A stretch of DNA of 63,822 nucleotides, the filler included, from Octopus bimaculoides (Eukaryota): assembly GCF_001194135.2 (NCBI RefSeq). It is 4 parts of 4 records of this genome, joined end to end, with 100 filler letters (N's around TTAATTAATTAA, not from the genome) between each part and the next. Parts side by side here need not be neighbours in the genome. Positions count along the whole stretch, not along the records: positions 1 to 15,206 come from NC_069000.1; positions 15,307 to 41,512 come from NC_068981.1; 2 more parts are not named here. One strand, written 5' to 3'. This document shows, one piece after another, positions 12,440-24,490 of the stretch; position 1 is the first letter of the stretch; the number at the start of each line of letters is the position of its first letter. The position numbers were made by a program, and so were the translations under genes. The notes beneath the pieces were generated by a model. The model was given only the letters and a program-made list of their open reading frames with translations. It ran no database searches and was not told the DNA's origin.

Positions 12440-13700
12440 AGAGGAGGAGGAGGATGTATTACTCACTTTATGGAATTGATGGGTGAAAAGTAAAGAATCG
12501 TCGTGGGCCCCGTTTGAACTCAGAACGTCTAGGGGCTAGGCTACACTCATCAGGGCTTTTAGCAATGGTCTTCTACCCTTTCTGTCTGTCAATTCACTAT
12601 TTTTAACATTAGGAGACACTACATAACCGCTTGGCCTGGTAGAAATAACAGCTAAATCTCACCCTTATGTCATGAAAAGAGAGGCACATAATAATGTAAT
12701 TCTAAATACCAAAAAAGGCAGCGAGCTGGCAGAGACGTTAGGGCGCCGGGCGAATTGCTAAGCGGTATTTCGACTGCCGCTACGCTCTGAGTTCAAATTC
12801 TGCGGAGGTCGACTTTGCCTTTCATCCTTTCGTGGTCGATAAATTAAGTACCAGTTGCGTACTGGGGTCGATCTAATCGAGTGGACCCCTCCCCAAAAAT
12901 TTCGGGCCTTGTGCCTAGAGTAGAAAAGAGTTCTAAATAATAAAACAGACTTTCTTTACACATGTTTGAAAAGTTTGGAGATAGACTATTGAAGAAATTG
13001 AAATCAAATCACGGCTCAAACGCGTCAGAGACTAAACAGTTTAAACAGACTAAAAACAAACGCCTTTTGGCAAAGAGAAAATTATTACACAGTTGAATTT
13101 CTTTGAGTGGGTTGAACGACCAATCATATTGCTACTTAACGATAATATTTCTTCTATAACAACGACTGACCCCCGAAGACAGAAACGTTAAATTAAATAG
13201 ACCTATATCATGTACAGTGAAAGCAATAAAACGAATCGGGAAAGACTTTCTGCCAAATGTTTCTAATTAGGATATTTTTATGCAAGCTAATAATATTCTA
13301 TCTTCCAAAGTAGAAAGAATTATTTATACTTTCTGCTACAGACACACAGCTTGAACTCTTGAGTGGGGAGCAAGCAAATTATATCGACCCCCGTTCTCAT
13401 ATGGTATTTATTTTATTGACCAAGGAATAATGAAAGGCAAAGGCAACTTTGACAGAATTTGAAATCAGAATGTGAAGACTGCTAAGTATTTCGTCCGGAC
13501 CTTCCTACCGATTCTGCCAGCTTGACACCTTAATATAGCCTGTTTAATATTCTTTCCTACTCTAAGCACAAGGCTCGAAATTTTTAGGGAGGGGTGGGGG
13601 AAGATCGATCCCCAGTACACAACTGGTACTTAATTTATTGACCCCGAAAGGATGAAAAGCAAAGTCGACCTCGGCGGGATTTGAACTCAGAACATAAAGT
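12068..13700. mobile_element. Cluster of four SINE family B copies: 12068-12225 (+), 12716-12935 (+, full length), 13312-13512 (-), 13545-13700 (-)
   Basis: Shared ttacgttctgagttcaaat..gaggtcgactttgcctttcatcctttcg..gtcgataaattaagtaccagttg..gtgcctagagtagaaaaga. Confidence 0.85.
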
Positions 13701-14897
13701 CATCCTGTCAGTCTTATAGAGAATACCACAGGAAACGTTGAGTGAGTCCGAAAATGGTGAAGTGAAAATTATAACTTATTAAGGTGTTTATTTGCAATTT
13801 ACAACCAAAAAGCAACAAGCGAAGACATCACTAAAGTGACTGAAAGTGCTTGTTTGTTTGTTTGTATGTATGTATGTGTTTGTTTTCCAATAACACTTGA
13901 AAACCGGTGTTGTTTTGTTTATGTTCCTGTAACTTAGCGGTTCGGAAAAAAAAAATCGCCTTCGAATAAGATACTGGAGTAGATTTGAGATTTGTTCGGC
14001 TAAAACGCTTCATGTTGGTGCCCCAGCATGGCCGTAGACCAACGACTGAAAAAAAGTAAAAGATAAGACGTAAATATATAATATACCGCTGAAAAACAAA
14101 AATATCTGACGTCTTATGAAAATGAAGTTCATCTTGGATGGAAGCTGTACGAAACAGTAAACAAGGAAATCAAAATGACAATGACACGAAAGTAAATATA
14201 AAAAATAATACAAAGATAATATGACAAAGCTAGAGTTATTCAACAAAAATTTAGTTGAAAAATAAATAAATAGATAAATAAATAAAGCCCCAACAATCTC
14301 AGACTGTAGTGTGTATGACATTGAAAAGTAAATCAAAATATACTGGATATAGTAATTAAGGGAGTTCTAAAATTACAGTTCTTCGTTCAATGGAAATGAT
14401 TGATTGTACCGTGGGAGTGGGATTTGTGTAAATATGACATTGAAAAGTTAGAGGAAACAGACTAAACAAGAATGAAGAAGTAGAAGTACTTGCTTACAGT
14501 TATATGCAAAACATCAGAAACCTTTCCGGTTTCTGATGTCAAAGAGGAGATAACCACCACCACTCCGATATGCAAGCATCTGACAGTCTGATTAGGGGGC
14601 GGTGCGAACTGACTGTGTGTTTACACCCATCTGCCAATAGCGAGGGATTTTCTCCACCTCAAAATGCAGTGAATGACTTTCTTACGGGTTCGAATATGCT
14701 TCAAGCATATTTGAATTAGGGTGTATGGTAAAAAGTTTGATTCCCAGCCATATGCTTCCAAGTTCAGTCCCACTGCGTGACACCTTGGGCGAGTGTTTTC
14801 CACTATGGCCTCGCGCCGACTAAATCCTTGTGAGTGGATTTGGTAGACGGAAGCTCCAAGAAATATACGTGGACACACACAAACACATACATATATG

Positions 14898-15048
14898 CAG
14901 GGTGCGAGGGGTAAATTGTCGTCAGTTCATATTTTGAATTTCGCGCATGCGCATTGCTTGATTTTGATTTTGTTGACTACACAGTATACTAGGGTCAATT
15001 GGGTACCGTCTGTGAGAAAAACAGCACCGTAACGCAATTAACTCTACC
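14898..15048 (+). mobile_element. 5' end of a maT (DD37D) family element
   Basis: aaattgtcgtc..atttcgcgcatgcgca..ttgactacacagtat..gggtaccgtctgtgag is colinear with 18056-18180, the 5' region of the maT copy. Confidence 0.65.
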
Positions 15049-15049
15049 A

Positions 15050-15184
15050 GTTCTCTCTTTCTCAGTACCTCTAAATTTTTTTCTCTCTAGAGAAAAATAT
15101 ATGAGAAAAGGGTTTAAGAAGAAAAAACGAGACAGAGGCGGGAAAGCACCGTACAGGCTAGGCCGAAGGCCGGCAGCCCACTAG
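15050..15184 (+). mobile_element. Possible Helitron-type 3' terminus
   Basis: GGCC-GAA-GGCC hairpin (15161-15171), then 9 nt, then CTAG|T (15181-15185); 5' end not identified. Confidence 0.4.
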
Positions 15185-15306
15185 TATATATATATATATA
15201 TATGTANNNNNNNNNNNNNNNNNNNNNNNNNNNNNNNNNNNNNNNNNNNNTTAATTAATTAANNNNNNNNNNNNNNNNNNNNNNNNNNNNNNNNNNNNNN
15301 NNNNNN

Positions 15307-15563
15307 GCAGGGGATGGTGGCGAACCCTGCTGTACTCTTTCACCACAACTTTCTCTCACTCTTACTTCCTGTTTCTGTTGTGCCTGTAATTCAAAGGGTC
15401 AGCCTTGTCACACTGTGTGACGCTGAATATCCCCGAGAGCTACGTTAAGAGTACACGTGTCTGTGGAGTGCTCAGCCACTCGCACGTTAATTTCACGAGC
15501 AGGCTGTTCCGTTGATCAGATCAACTGGAACCTTCGACGTCGTAAGCGACGGAGTGCCAACAA
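15307..15563 (+). mobile_element. Interspersed repeat family D (SINE-like 3' part); other copies at 45180-45440 (-) and 58205-58450 (-)
   Basis: cagccttgtcaca..gtggagtgctcagccac..gcaggctgttccgttgatc..aactggaacc..gtcgta..gacggagtgcc recurs in reverse complement. Confidence 0.7.
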
Positions 15564-16057
15564 TGTATGTATGTATGTATGTATGTATGTATGTATGTAT
15601 GTATGTATTGTGTATGTATGTTTGTATAAGTCTGCTACCTTGATAAAAGTGTTAGAACATGGCACGAAATGCCTGTTTCCCCAGAAATGGCAGCAGAGAG
15701 ACTATTGCGAAGTGGAAGGAAAATATAAATGAATTCCTCTAAAGGTGGTGCCCCAGCATGGCCGCAACCACTGCCTGAGACTAGTAAGACTAAATCTCAT
15801 AAATATGGTCATTCACGCGCACGCGCGCTTGCGCATACCCAGAGACAATCCCCTTACATACATTCACACACACTCACACATACACACACAATCACTTGAT
15901 CACTCAGTCACTGTCTCACACACACACATATATATACAAATATATTAACATAATGCATCTTTCCATCTGTATATAAGCATGTTTGTATGCACACGCACAC
16001 ACACATACACAGACACACAGACACGCGCGCGTGCACATACTCACACATGCACATATT

Positions 16058-16093
<36 letters not shown>

Positions 16094-17149
16094 TATATAT
16101 ATATATATATGTAGGTGCAGGAGTGGCTGTGTGGTAAGTAGTTTGCTTACCAGCCACATTGTTCTGGGTTCATTCCCACTGCGTGGCATCTTGAGCAAGT
16201 GTCTTCTACTATAGCCTCGGGCCGACCAAAGCCTTGTGAGTGGATTTGATAGACGGAAACTGAAAGAAGCCTGCCGTATATGTANNNNNNNNNNNNNNNN
16301 NNNNNNNNNNNNNNNNNNNNNNNNNNNNNNNNNNNNNNNNNNNNNNNNNNNNNNNNNNNNNNNNNNNNNNNNNNNNNNNNNNNNNNNNNNNNNNNNNNNN
16401 NNNNNNNNNNNNNNNNNNNNNNNNNNNNNNNNNNNNNNNNNNNNNNNNNNNNNNNNNNNNNNNNNNNNNNNNNNNNNNNNNNNNNNNNNNNNNNNNNNNN
16501 NNNNNNNNNNNNNNNNNNNNNNNNNNNNNNNNNNNNNNNNNNNNNNNNNNNNNNNNNNNNNNNNNNNNNNNNNNNNNNNNNNNNNNNNNNNNNNNNNNNN
16601 NNNNNNNNNNNNNNNNNNNNNNNNNNNNNNNNNNNNNNNNNNNNNNNNNNNNNNNNNNNNNNNNNNNNNNNNNNNNNNNNNNNNNNNNNNNNNNNNNNNN
16701 NNNNNNNNNNNNNNNNNNNNNNNNNNNNNNNNNNNNNNNNNNNNNNNNNNNNNNNNNNNNNNNNNNNNNNNNNTATATATATATATAAATATATGTGTAG
16801 AGATAGATAGATAGATACATAGATAGATAGATAGATAGACAGATAGATAGATAGATAAATATTTTTAGTAGACAATATAAACTACGTAATGTATTAAAAA
16901 TAGAATGAGAAAATACCTAAATCAAGGTATTATACATTCAACTTCCTGTTTACTCAGTCGACTAATGCTATCCTAAGGCTAACCACACCTTCACTTGGTA
17001 TAAACGGGTTAGAAAACAAACAATAAGCTATGCCGTTGTCACTTGAACTTTTCCTCCCTTTGTATATAATACTTTAGTACTTTTCCGTAAAGTGATAAAT
17101 TCACAACGAATTCATTTTCTCTACCGCAAGAATCTTTTCTTTTAATTTT

Positions 17150-17700
17150 GAATTTCCATCAGGTTAGTTTTACGTCATATGATGATCCCGGTGTCTGAAA
17201 GTTTCCTTGCTTGTATCATTACCGACCAAAAAAAGAACCTATTCACAGACGAACACAGCATCCTAATACATGTGGTGTATTTGGTGTGATAGGAAGGGTG
17301 TCGTCTATAATGAAGTGTTAAACCATAACGCAATAGTTCGTGCGAAGTGCTGTAGTGAATTTGATGCATTACAAAAGCATTAAGAGTTATTACCCTTAGA
17401 CAATATTGAAAGACCATATATTGCTCAAATAACCCGTGAGATATTGTAGCACTCAATATAGAAGATTTGCCTCATCCTCTTTACTGTCCTAGCCTTGCTC
17501 CATCGGACTATATACAGTTCAGATCATAAAAATATAGAGATTAATGTTTATTAATTGTGAAGAAGTTCTAAAAGATATGGAGTGTTCCTTTGCTTCGAAG
17601 CAGGAACAAATTTACACCCGAACAATCAGTATTTTCCCAAGTATATTGTGATTATGCAATCAATAATGAGGAGATATATTTTATTGATTAAATAATTCAA
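17150..17700 (+). mobile_element. Degenerate mariner transposase fragment
   Basis: LPHPLYCPSLAPSDYIQFRS (the mariner LPHPPYSPDLAPSDY motif) and a terminal NxxDIFY-like tail; many stops. Confidence 0.65.
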
Positions 17701-18055
17701 TTTAGAGGAAACGATCTGCTACATTCCCCTCTTGACAGGCGACAGGAAATTCTTTCCAGTCCAATATACATATAAAAAGAATATATATATACTCTTTTAC
17801 TCTTTTACTTGTTTCAGTGATTTGACTGGGGCCATGCTATGGTTTTCTAAATACATATGTACGCACACACATGCGAATTCTGCCTCACCTCAAACACATA
17901 CACACACATATGAAAATTATTAGTTTTTTTAGTTATAGTAACTCAAAGGACGAGAGCTTTGATAAATGCAGTGGTTAGCATCAAACTACTAGTATCAAAA
18001 TACTAGGAAATCAGTCTGCAACTTTTGCGGAATTGTTACTACAAAATATGCATGT

Positions 18056-19184
18056 ATAGTCGCCATTTTATATTTTTAATTTCGTGCATGCGCAGTGTTT
18101 GTTTTTAATTTTGTCGACTACACTGTATAATAGGATTAGTTGGGCACCGTCTGTGAGTACTATGACGCAATTCACTCTATCAGAAATTTAGAAAGGACAG
18201 GCTGTTTTGCTTGGCATTCGCACTGGAAGCTCCAATACGAATATTTCATAGTTTGGGTGTTAATCTGAGGACATGTACCAAGACTGATAAAAATCAAATA
18301 TCCAGTGAACATCATCATGGTGTATGGAGTGATCACTAGTGATGGCGACGTTATTCCTCCATTCATCTTCCCACACGGCCTCACGGAGGCATACATTAAG
18401 TGCCTGGAATAGGTAGTGCTGCTCTGAGTCAAAAGGATGGCTACTGGAAGACCCTATGTCTGGCAACAGAATTCTGCACCATGCCACACAAGCAGGATAA
18501 CCCAGTCATGGCTGTCAGACAATTTCTGCGATCATATCACACCTAATATCAGGCCACCTACCTCCCCAGACTGCAACTCTCTTGATTATTATGCGTGTGG
18601 CGCATTTGAGCGAAAGACCAACAACATTCTTTGTAACACCAGAGATGAACAGAAGGCAAGGTATATGACAGCATTCAGCAACTTAAACAAGGAGAGCATC
18701 CAGAGGAGTTGTAGGAGATTCCAAAGTCGTCTGGAGGCCGTAGTTGAACCCAATGGCGATTTTATTGAATAGATTCACTCCTTAGTATTTCAAGATATAT
18801 TTATGTAATTTTGTTAAATATATCTGTGAAAATGTGATGTCAGTGTTATTTTCATTTTTACGTAGTTTATACGAGGGGTTTACAAACTTTTTGACTTGAG
18901 GACCCCTTTATATTTCAGGCTTTACCTTAGGAACCCCCTTATAAACGCTTATGAAATTTATACATAAATATTTGCTTAAAATAACATATATTTTTACATT
19001 TGTTTATTTAACAGTATTTAACAAATAGGTTTATTGTCAATTAAAAAATTTCGATTAAAAACCATATATAAAATCAAATTGCCCATAAAAAGTATTTGCT
19101 GTTCACGGACCCCCTGTCTTGTCCTTGCGGACCCCCTGTGGTCCGCGGACCACAGTTTGAAAACCACTGGTTTAGACGACAATC
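18056..19184 (+). mobile_element. maT (DD37D) Tc1/mariner element, internally deleted, with nested hAT MITE
   Basis: IMVYGVITSDGDVIPPFIF...WQQ(N)SAPCHTS...SPDCNSLDY with 37 residues between the 2nd and 3rd catalytic positions; C-terminus LEAVVEPNGDFIE*. Confidence 0.8.
18873..19169. mobile_element. hAT (Charlie-type) MITE, 297 bp
   Basis: TIRs GAGGGGTTTACAAAC / GTTTGAAAACCACTG, subterminal GGACCCC motifs, 8-bp TSD GTTTATAC/GTTTAGAC. Confidence 0.8.
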
Positions 19185-19904
19185 GACAGTTCATTCACTG
19201 CACCCTAATTTATGCATGCAGTGCTACGTACAATTTGATGTTTACTTTGTAAGAAAAGAAACCCCTTGAATATTATGTACAACTCTCACTCGCTTTTCTC
19301 TCTTTTTTCCTTCCTCCTCTTTCCTTCTCTGTCTCTCTCACTCTCTCGTTCTCGATTTTCTCCCTTAGTTTTTCCTCCTCTCCCACTATTTCTCTCTTCT
19401 CTCTTCTCTCTCTTCTCTCTCTCTCTCTCTCTCCCATCGTTCCTCTGTCCCTCTGAGTTTATTTTCCCTCTCTCATATTCCTTAATAACTTTCCCCCCTC
19501 CCTCTATCTCTCAATCTCTTTTGCTTTCCTTCCTCACCTCTTTTGTACATTGTTTCTCTTTCTCTTTCCCTCCTTTCCACACATTCTGTGAACGCTCTCT
19601 CTCTCATTATTCGGTCATCTGATTTCTTTCCCTTCTCTCCTATTCCTTAGCCCCTTTGCTTTCTTCAACTCATAGTACTTATTCTATCGGTCTCTTTTGC
19701 CGAACCGCTAGCCTACACTGACGTAAACACACCAGTATCAGTTGTCAAGCGATGTTGGTGGGGGGGGGGTGTATCAAACACAGACACACAAACATTTACA
19801 AACACATACATATATATACATATATACGACGGGCTTCTTTCAGTTTCCGTCTACCAAATCCACTCACAAGGCTTTGGTCAGCCCGAGGCTATAGTAGAAG
19901 ATAC

Positions 19905-20550
19905 GGATCTATTTCAAAACGGGGGCACTAGTATTTTCTTAACGAAACACTAACGAAACACTTTGAAACTTGGGACACTGGTAGAATGTGTCATATAAAA
20001 CATATTTTACACTTAGTCTTCTTAACAAAAAAACGTACATCGCAAGTTATTCCATGTGAAAGTTGTCGTATTTCTGTAATTTCAACCAATCACTGACGTC
20101 TATTCAGCTGAATAGAGTTACTGCTGGGCGGTCATAAAAATGTTATTCCCTGTGACATATTTCATCCATCCGGTTTAATCGTAATTTATACGCATATATT
20201 GTTTATATAATAAATTACGCTGTGCGTATCTATGTGTGTAACAATTTTAGAGTTCGGATTCTAGAGTTAGGGTTAGTTTTAGGGTTAGGGTTAGGGTTAG
20301 GGTTAGGGTTAACAGTCTAGTTAGGGTTAGGGTTAGGGTTAGGGTTAGGGTTAGAGGATTAATACGTCAGTGATTAGTAGAAATTATCGAAATAAGACAA
20401 TTTTTTACATGAAATAAATTCGAATACAAAAATTTTTTTCTGTTCTATAACACAAAATAGATAAGTATACAAAGTTTGAAAGTCTTTCGGTACCAAAAAC
20501 ACTACATAAAACATAAATGAAAACTGGTGCCCCCGTTTTGAAATAGATCC
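19905..20550. mobile_element. 646-bp non-autonomous DNA transposon with GG termini, 28-bp TIRs, 8-bp TSD and internal telomeric repeats (Merlin-like by termini)
   Basis: TIR GGATCTATTTCAAAACGGGGGCACTAGT vs ACTGGTGCCCCCGTTTTGAAATAGATCC (27/28 match); exact TSD GAAGATAC at 19897-19904 and 20551-20558. Confidence 0.9.
20267..20354 (+). repeat. Interstitial (TTAGGG)n inside the MITE
   Basis: About 11 units in two runs interrupted by aacagtctag. Confidence 0.95.
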
Positions 20551-20637
20551 GAAGATACTTGCCCATGGTGCCAAGCAGTGAGACTGAACCCGGAATCATG
20601 TTGTTCGTAAGCAAGCTACTTACCACACAGCCACTCT

Positions 20638-20669
<32 letters not shown>

Positions 20670-22389
20670 TATTTTATTTATTATTTTTTATTCTTTATCT
20701 CTTATTTTTATTATTTTTTAGTTCTTATCTTATTTATTATTTGTTACATTATTAATGTGGGTGCTATTATTTCCTATCCCTATTATACTATATTACTACG
20801 GTCGAAAAGCCGCCAATACTCTGTATTTTGAATTTTAACGTCCAACTCCCGTCCCGTATACTTTATTTCCCTTTTCTTGTTGACATGTTTAATTATTCAT
20901 TCTTTAAGGTCTTCTATGTTATAATTACCCTTTCCACTTCCTTCACCCTTCTTCATCTAGATAAGTGTATGTAGATAAGTTAGTACACTTAAGTTGTAAT
21001 TCGCTTAGGTTGACCACTCACCACAAGAATATCATGTTTCAAGTTTATTCTGCCCTGACACTACTTATTTACGACCCACCACTGATATAGGCAGACACAG
21101 CTCATATATATCTATCCCTTACTACCTTAAGATCTATGTATCTATATCTATTTTTCGCTTTATCTTCTTCTTCTACATTTAGATTTTTCCTCACCACCCT
21201 TCGCCAACCCGTCTAAATAGCTTAGATGTATCTTACTTGACTATCCAGATTTTCTCTTATTGTTTCTTAGATTACCCACCCCACCGATTTGACTCCTTTT
21301 ATGTTTTACTTTATTTTAGTTTTATTTTTGTATGAATATCTGTATTATTTTTTCTTCTTAGTATTTTATATTCCTATTTTATTTTATATTATTATTTCAT
21401 TTTTGTTATGTTATTTTATTGTATTGTTTTTAACCACCAACTTAACACTACACACTGAATTGTGGCAAGGTATGGACGGATTCCGGAGTACCGAGAAAAT
21501 TATGTATAAATATATCAAATTAAGAATTCTNNNNNNNNNNNNNNNNNNNNNNNNNNNNNNNNNNNNNNNNNNNNNNNNNNNNNNNNNNNNNNNNNNNNNN
21601 NNNNNNNNNNNNNNNNNNNNNNNNNNNNNNNNNNNNNNNNNNNNNNNNNNNNNNNNNNNNNNNNNNNNNNNNNNNNNNNNNNNNNNNNNNNNNNNNNNNN
21701 NNNNNNNNNNNNNNNNNNNNNNNNNNNNNNNNNNNNNNNNNNNNNNNNNNNNNNNNNNNNNNNNNNNNNNNNNNNNNNNNNNNNNNNNNNNNNNNNNNNN
21801 NNNNNNNNNNNNNNNNNNNNNTATATATATATTCAGTGTCAGGTGATCTTCAATTAAAACGTAGTGTAATGTCAAATATCCATGGAAGCTAGCATTCTTT
21901 ATTTGAATCAATTTCTGAATATAAAACCGTATTATATATTAATGTGCAATGATATGAAAGAAGACATGTAAGTATAATTCTTACATAGTGAAATTAATGC
22001 ATAAAGAAATTTGAAAACTGCCTGTAATGCTACCAAAGTCAGGTGCTAAATATAATATATATTTATTTCTCAAGCCTTGTAAATTTACACTTTGCAAATG
22101 TATACCTATATATCTGAAAATATATGCATATTTATATTTATAAATATATATATATCTATATATAAAATATATACATATCTATATATATGCATGCGTAACA
22201 CATATGTATGTCTGTATGAGAAGAAGAAAGTGTGAGAGAGAGAGAGAGAAGTGACAGAGGAGAGAGAAAAAGAGAGAGGGAGAGAGAGTGAGGGATAGAT
22301 AGATAGATATAGATAGATAGATAGATAGATAGATAGACAGATAGATAGAGAGTGGGAGAGAGAGAGAGAGTGAGAGAGAGAGAGAGAGA

Positions 22390-22459
<70 letters not shown>

Positions 22460-22618
22460 AGGAATTTACATATATATGCTTCTATGTTTTTGTGCGCATG
22501 TTTCATGTTTCTTATGTGTTTCTTATAACAACCACACAGTGGTTTACTGAAACTTCCATAACATAATGAAAGACTTTTGTGTTACACACAATTGAATGTC
22601 TGATGATTTTGGCCGATA

Positions 22619-23150
22619 TTACGTCTCATATTCGTCACCATTTCCTCCGGATATTACATCGATTTTCCGTGCACACACAGAGGCTGTGGCTACATGGATG
22701 ACACTTGGTTTATAAACGTACAATCCATCAACACATTTAGCCGTACGTTTCAGGACAGTCATTGGAGTATACACCATCACACATTGGTGGTTACTGTCAG
22801 AGTCCAGGCAGTCTGTACAGCGACACACGACTTCAGTGAGCGATGAAGGAAAATATGTTGAATTGTGGGTAATTTTTAGGTACCATGGGCAGGTTGAACG
22901 TTCACGAATGATGTCAGTAGATACAGAAGATGTAGGGCAAGTTTTATCCCCTTCGGTCAATTCTTGTTGGTCACTTCCTGCTGGAGCTATTTCAACTGGT
23001 ACAAAAAAAGTTATTGCCGATCGATGCGCTGTATAGTTTCTCGTATTGGACTTTCAAGTCATTTGGTATGTGACATTGAGTCGGAATTGACGCCGAAGAT
23101 ATGAACAATACGACATTGGTGAGGAGGAAGATTACAACCTGGAGGGAAAC
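22619..23150 (-). pseudogene. IL17-like: IL-17-like paralogue 1, exon 2, frameshifted
   Basis: About 88% aa identical to paralogue 2 (21 differences in 176 by eye); T7 vs T6 run (plus-strand A at 23003-23009) gives TGA at 22994-22992; CVC->SVC (TGT->TCT); acceptor cag at 23153-23151. Confidence 0.85.
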
Positions 23151-23293
23151 CTGCGTGATATAAAATGTTTAAGTCAAGTTGAGTAGTTACATTTCAATAT
23201 GACCCACCGTTAAATGAATGAAAGTAACCGGCAATAATATACTACATCTATAGCACACATTAACTCACTCTCACTCTCTCCCCTCTCTTTCCC

Positions 23294-23396
<103 letters not shown>

Positions 23397-24453
23397 GCAT
23401 ATATGTATTCAGACCGGTTTAATAAAGACGAGAGGGCATTTTTTGTAGTGTGTGGAATGAATGACAGATATGTATGTGTATTTTGTATGAGAAAAGTAAT
23501 GAATGAGTTATTTTCAACAGCCGTATTTCAAGCAGGAGAATGTATAATAGAGAAGTACGATAATAAATGTAGTTAAAACTAATGAATGAAATACTTTCAA
23601 CAAGTCTTGAATCAGCTGTTGATATCCGTATTTCAAGCAGGTAAAAGTTACAATGGAGAAGTATAATAATGGGTGTAAGTGTGAAAGACCTATACATATA
23701 TGAATTCGTAAGTAGACGACGATATTTGACAAAATGTGTTATATTTAATTTGAAAGACAGTAAATAGCAAACTGAAGAATTGTAGAGAACATTTAAAATA
23801 TATTATTTCCATAACGTGTTATTTTCTCAATTTATACATGGGTGTAAAGGTATATCAACCACGCCGGTATTGCAATTTGTGAGATATCTAATGTTTAGAG
23901 GAGCAGCACAGATATCCAAAAAGTTCTCAAGAAATTTGTCGTTGTTACTCGAATAATTAGGTGTCAACATCAAAGTAACCATCAATGGCAACAATGCTGC
24001 CGGAGTCTTTGATTGCTTTGTTGACAATGTGAAAAGTAAAGTTTGTCATTTTATAATTAATGCATTTTAAAAATTAAGATGTTGCTACTTCCAATTCATA
24101 TTTTCCAGTCAATAACTCAATCAAACGATGCGCGAATGTCACATTATATTTATCGTTCAGCTTTCTAAAACTAAAACATAACGTGAGGTTGCAAACTTTT
24201 AAATTAAACAGAAGGGACAGTAATTATCGGTTAAAATCTGGTCACCTGTAAAATTAGTGGATAACTTTTAATTAGTCATGAATTATAAGTATGTAATTGG
24301 AGTCAAGACCGACAACCTTGTACTGACATCGAGTTGTATTAGTAGTAATAATGAAGGCAAATCAAGTTGTGGTGTTTTGAAATCATTCAATATATACGTT
24401 TCAGGTTCGCGTAATATTAAGAAATGCATCCTTCCTCAGTTAAAGCATTACTA

Positions 24454-24490
<37 letters not shown>

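Larger units (their letters stand above)
13865..16284 (+). mobile_element. SINE family A pieces: tail 13865-14065, head 14725-14895, tail 15740-15800, head 16112-16284
   Basis: Match to the 4757-5155 copy; the span also contains other elements listed separately. Confidence 0.75.
19660..20640 (-). mobile_element. SINE family A split by a MITE insertion
   Basis: 19660-19904 and 20551-20640 rejoin as ...atagtagaagatac|ttgccc..., colinear with other copies. Confidence 0.85.

Noticed and set aside
20267-20354. True telomere or chromosome fusion site
   Set aside because: The tract lies inside a TIR/TSD-bounded MITE, with no head-to-head TTAGGG/CCCTAA junction
22598-22625. CTGATGA in the IL-17 3' UTR as a hammerhead or C/D box
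   Set aside because: No downstream GAAA or stems; not conserved in paralogue 2 (ttgatga)
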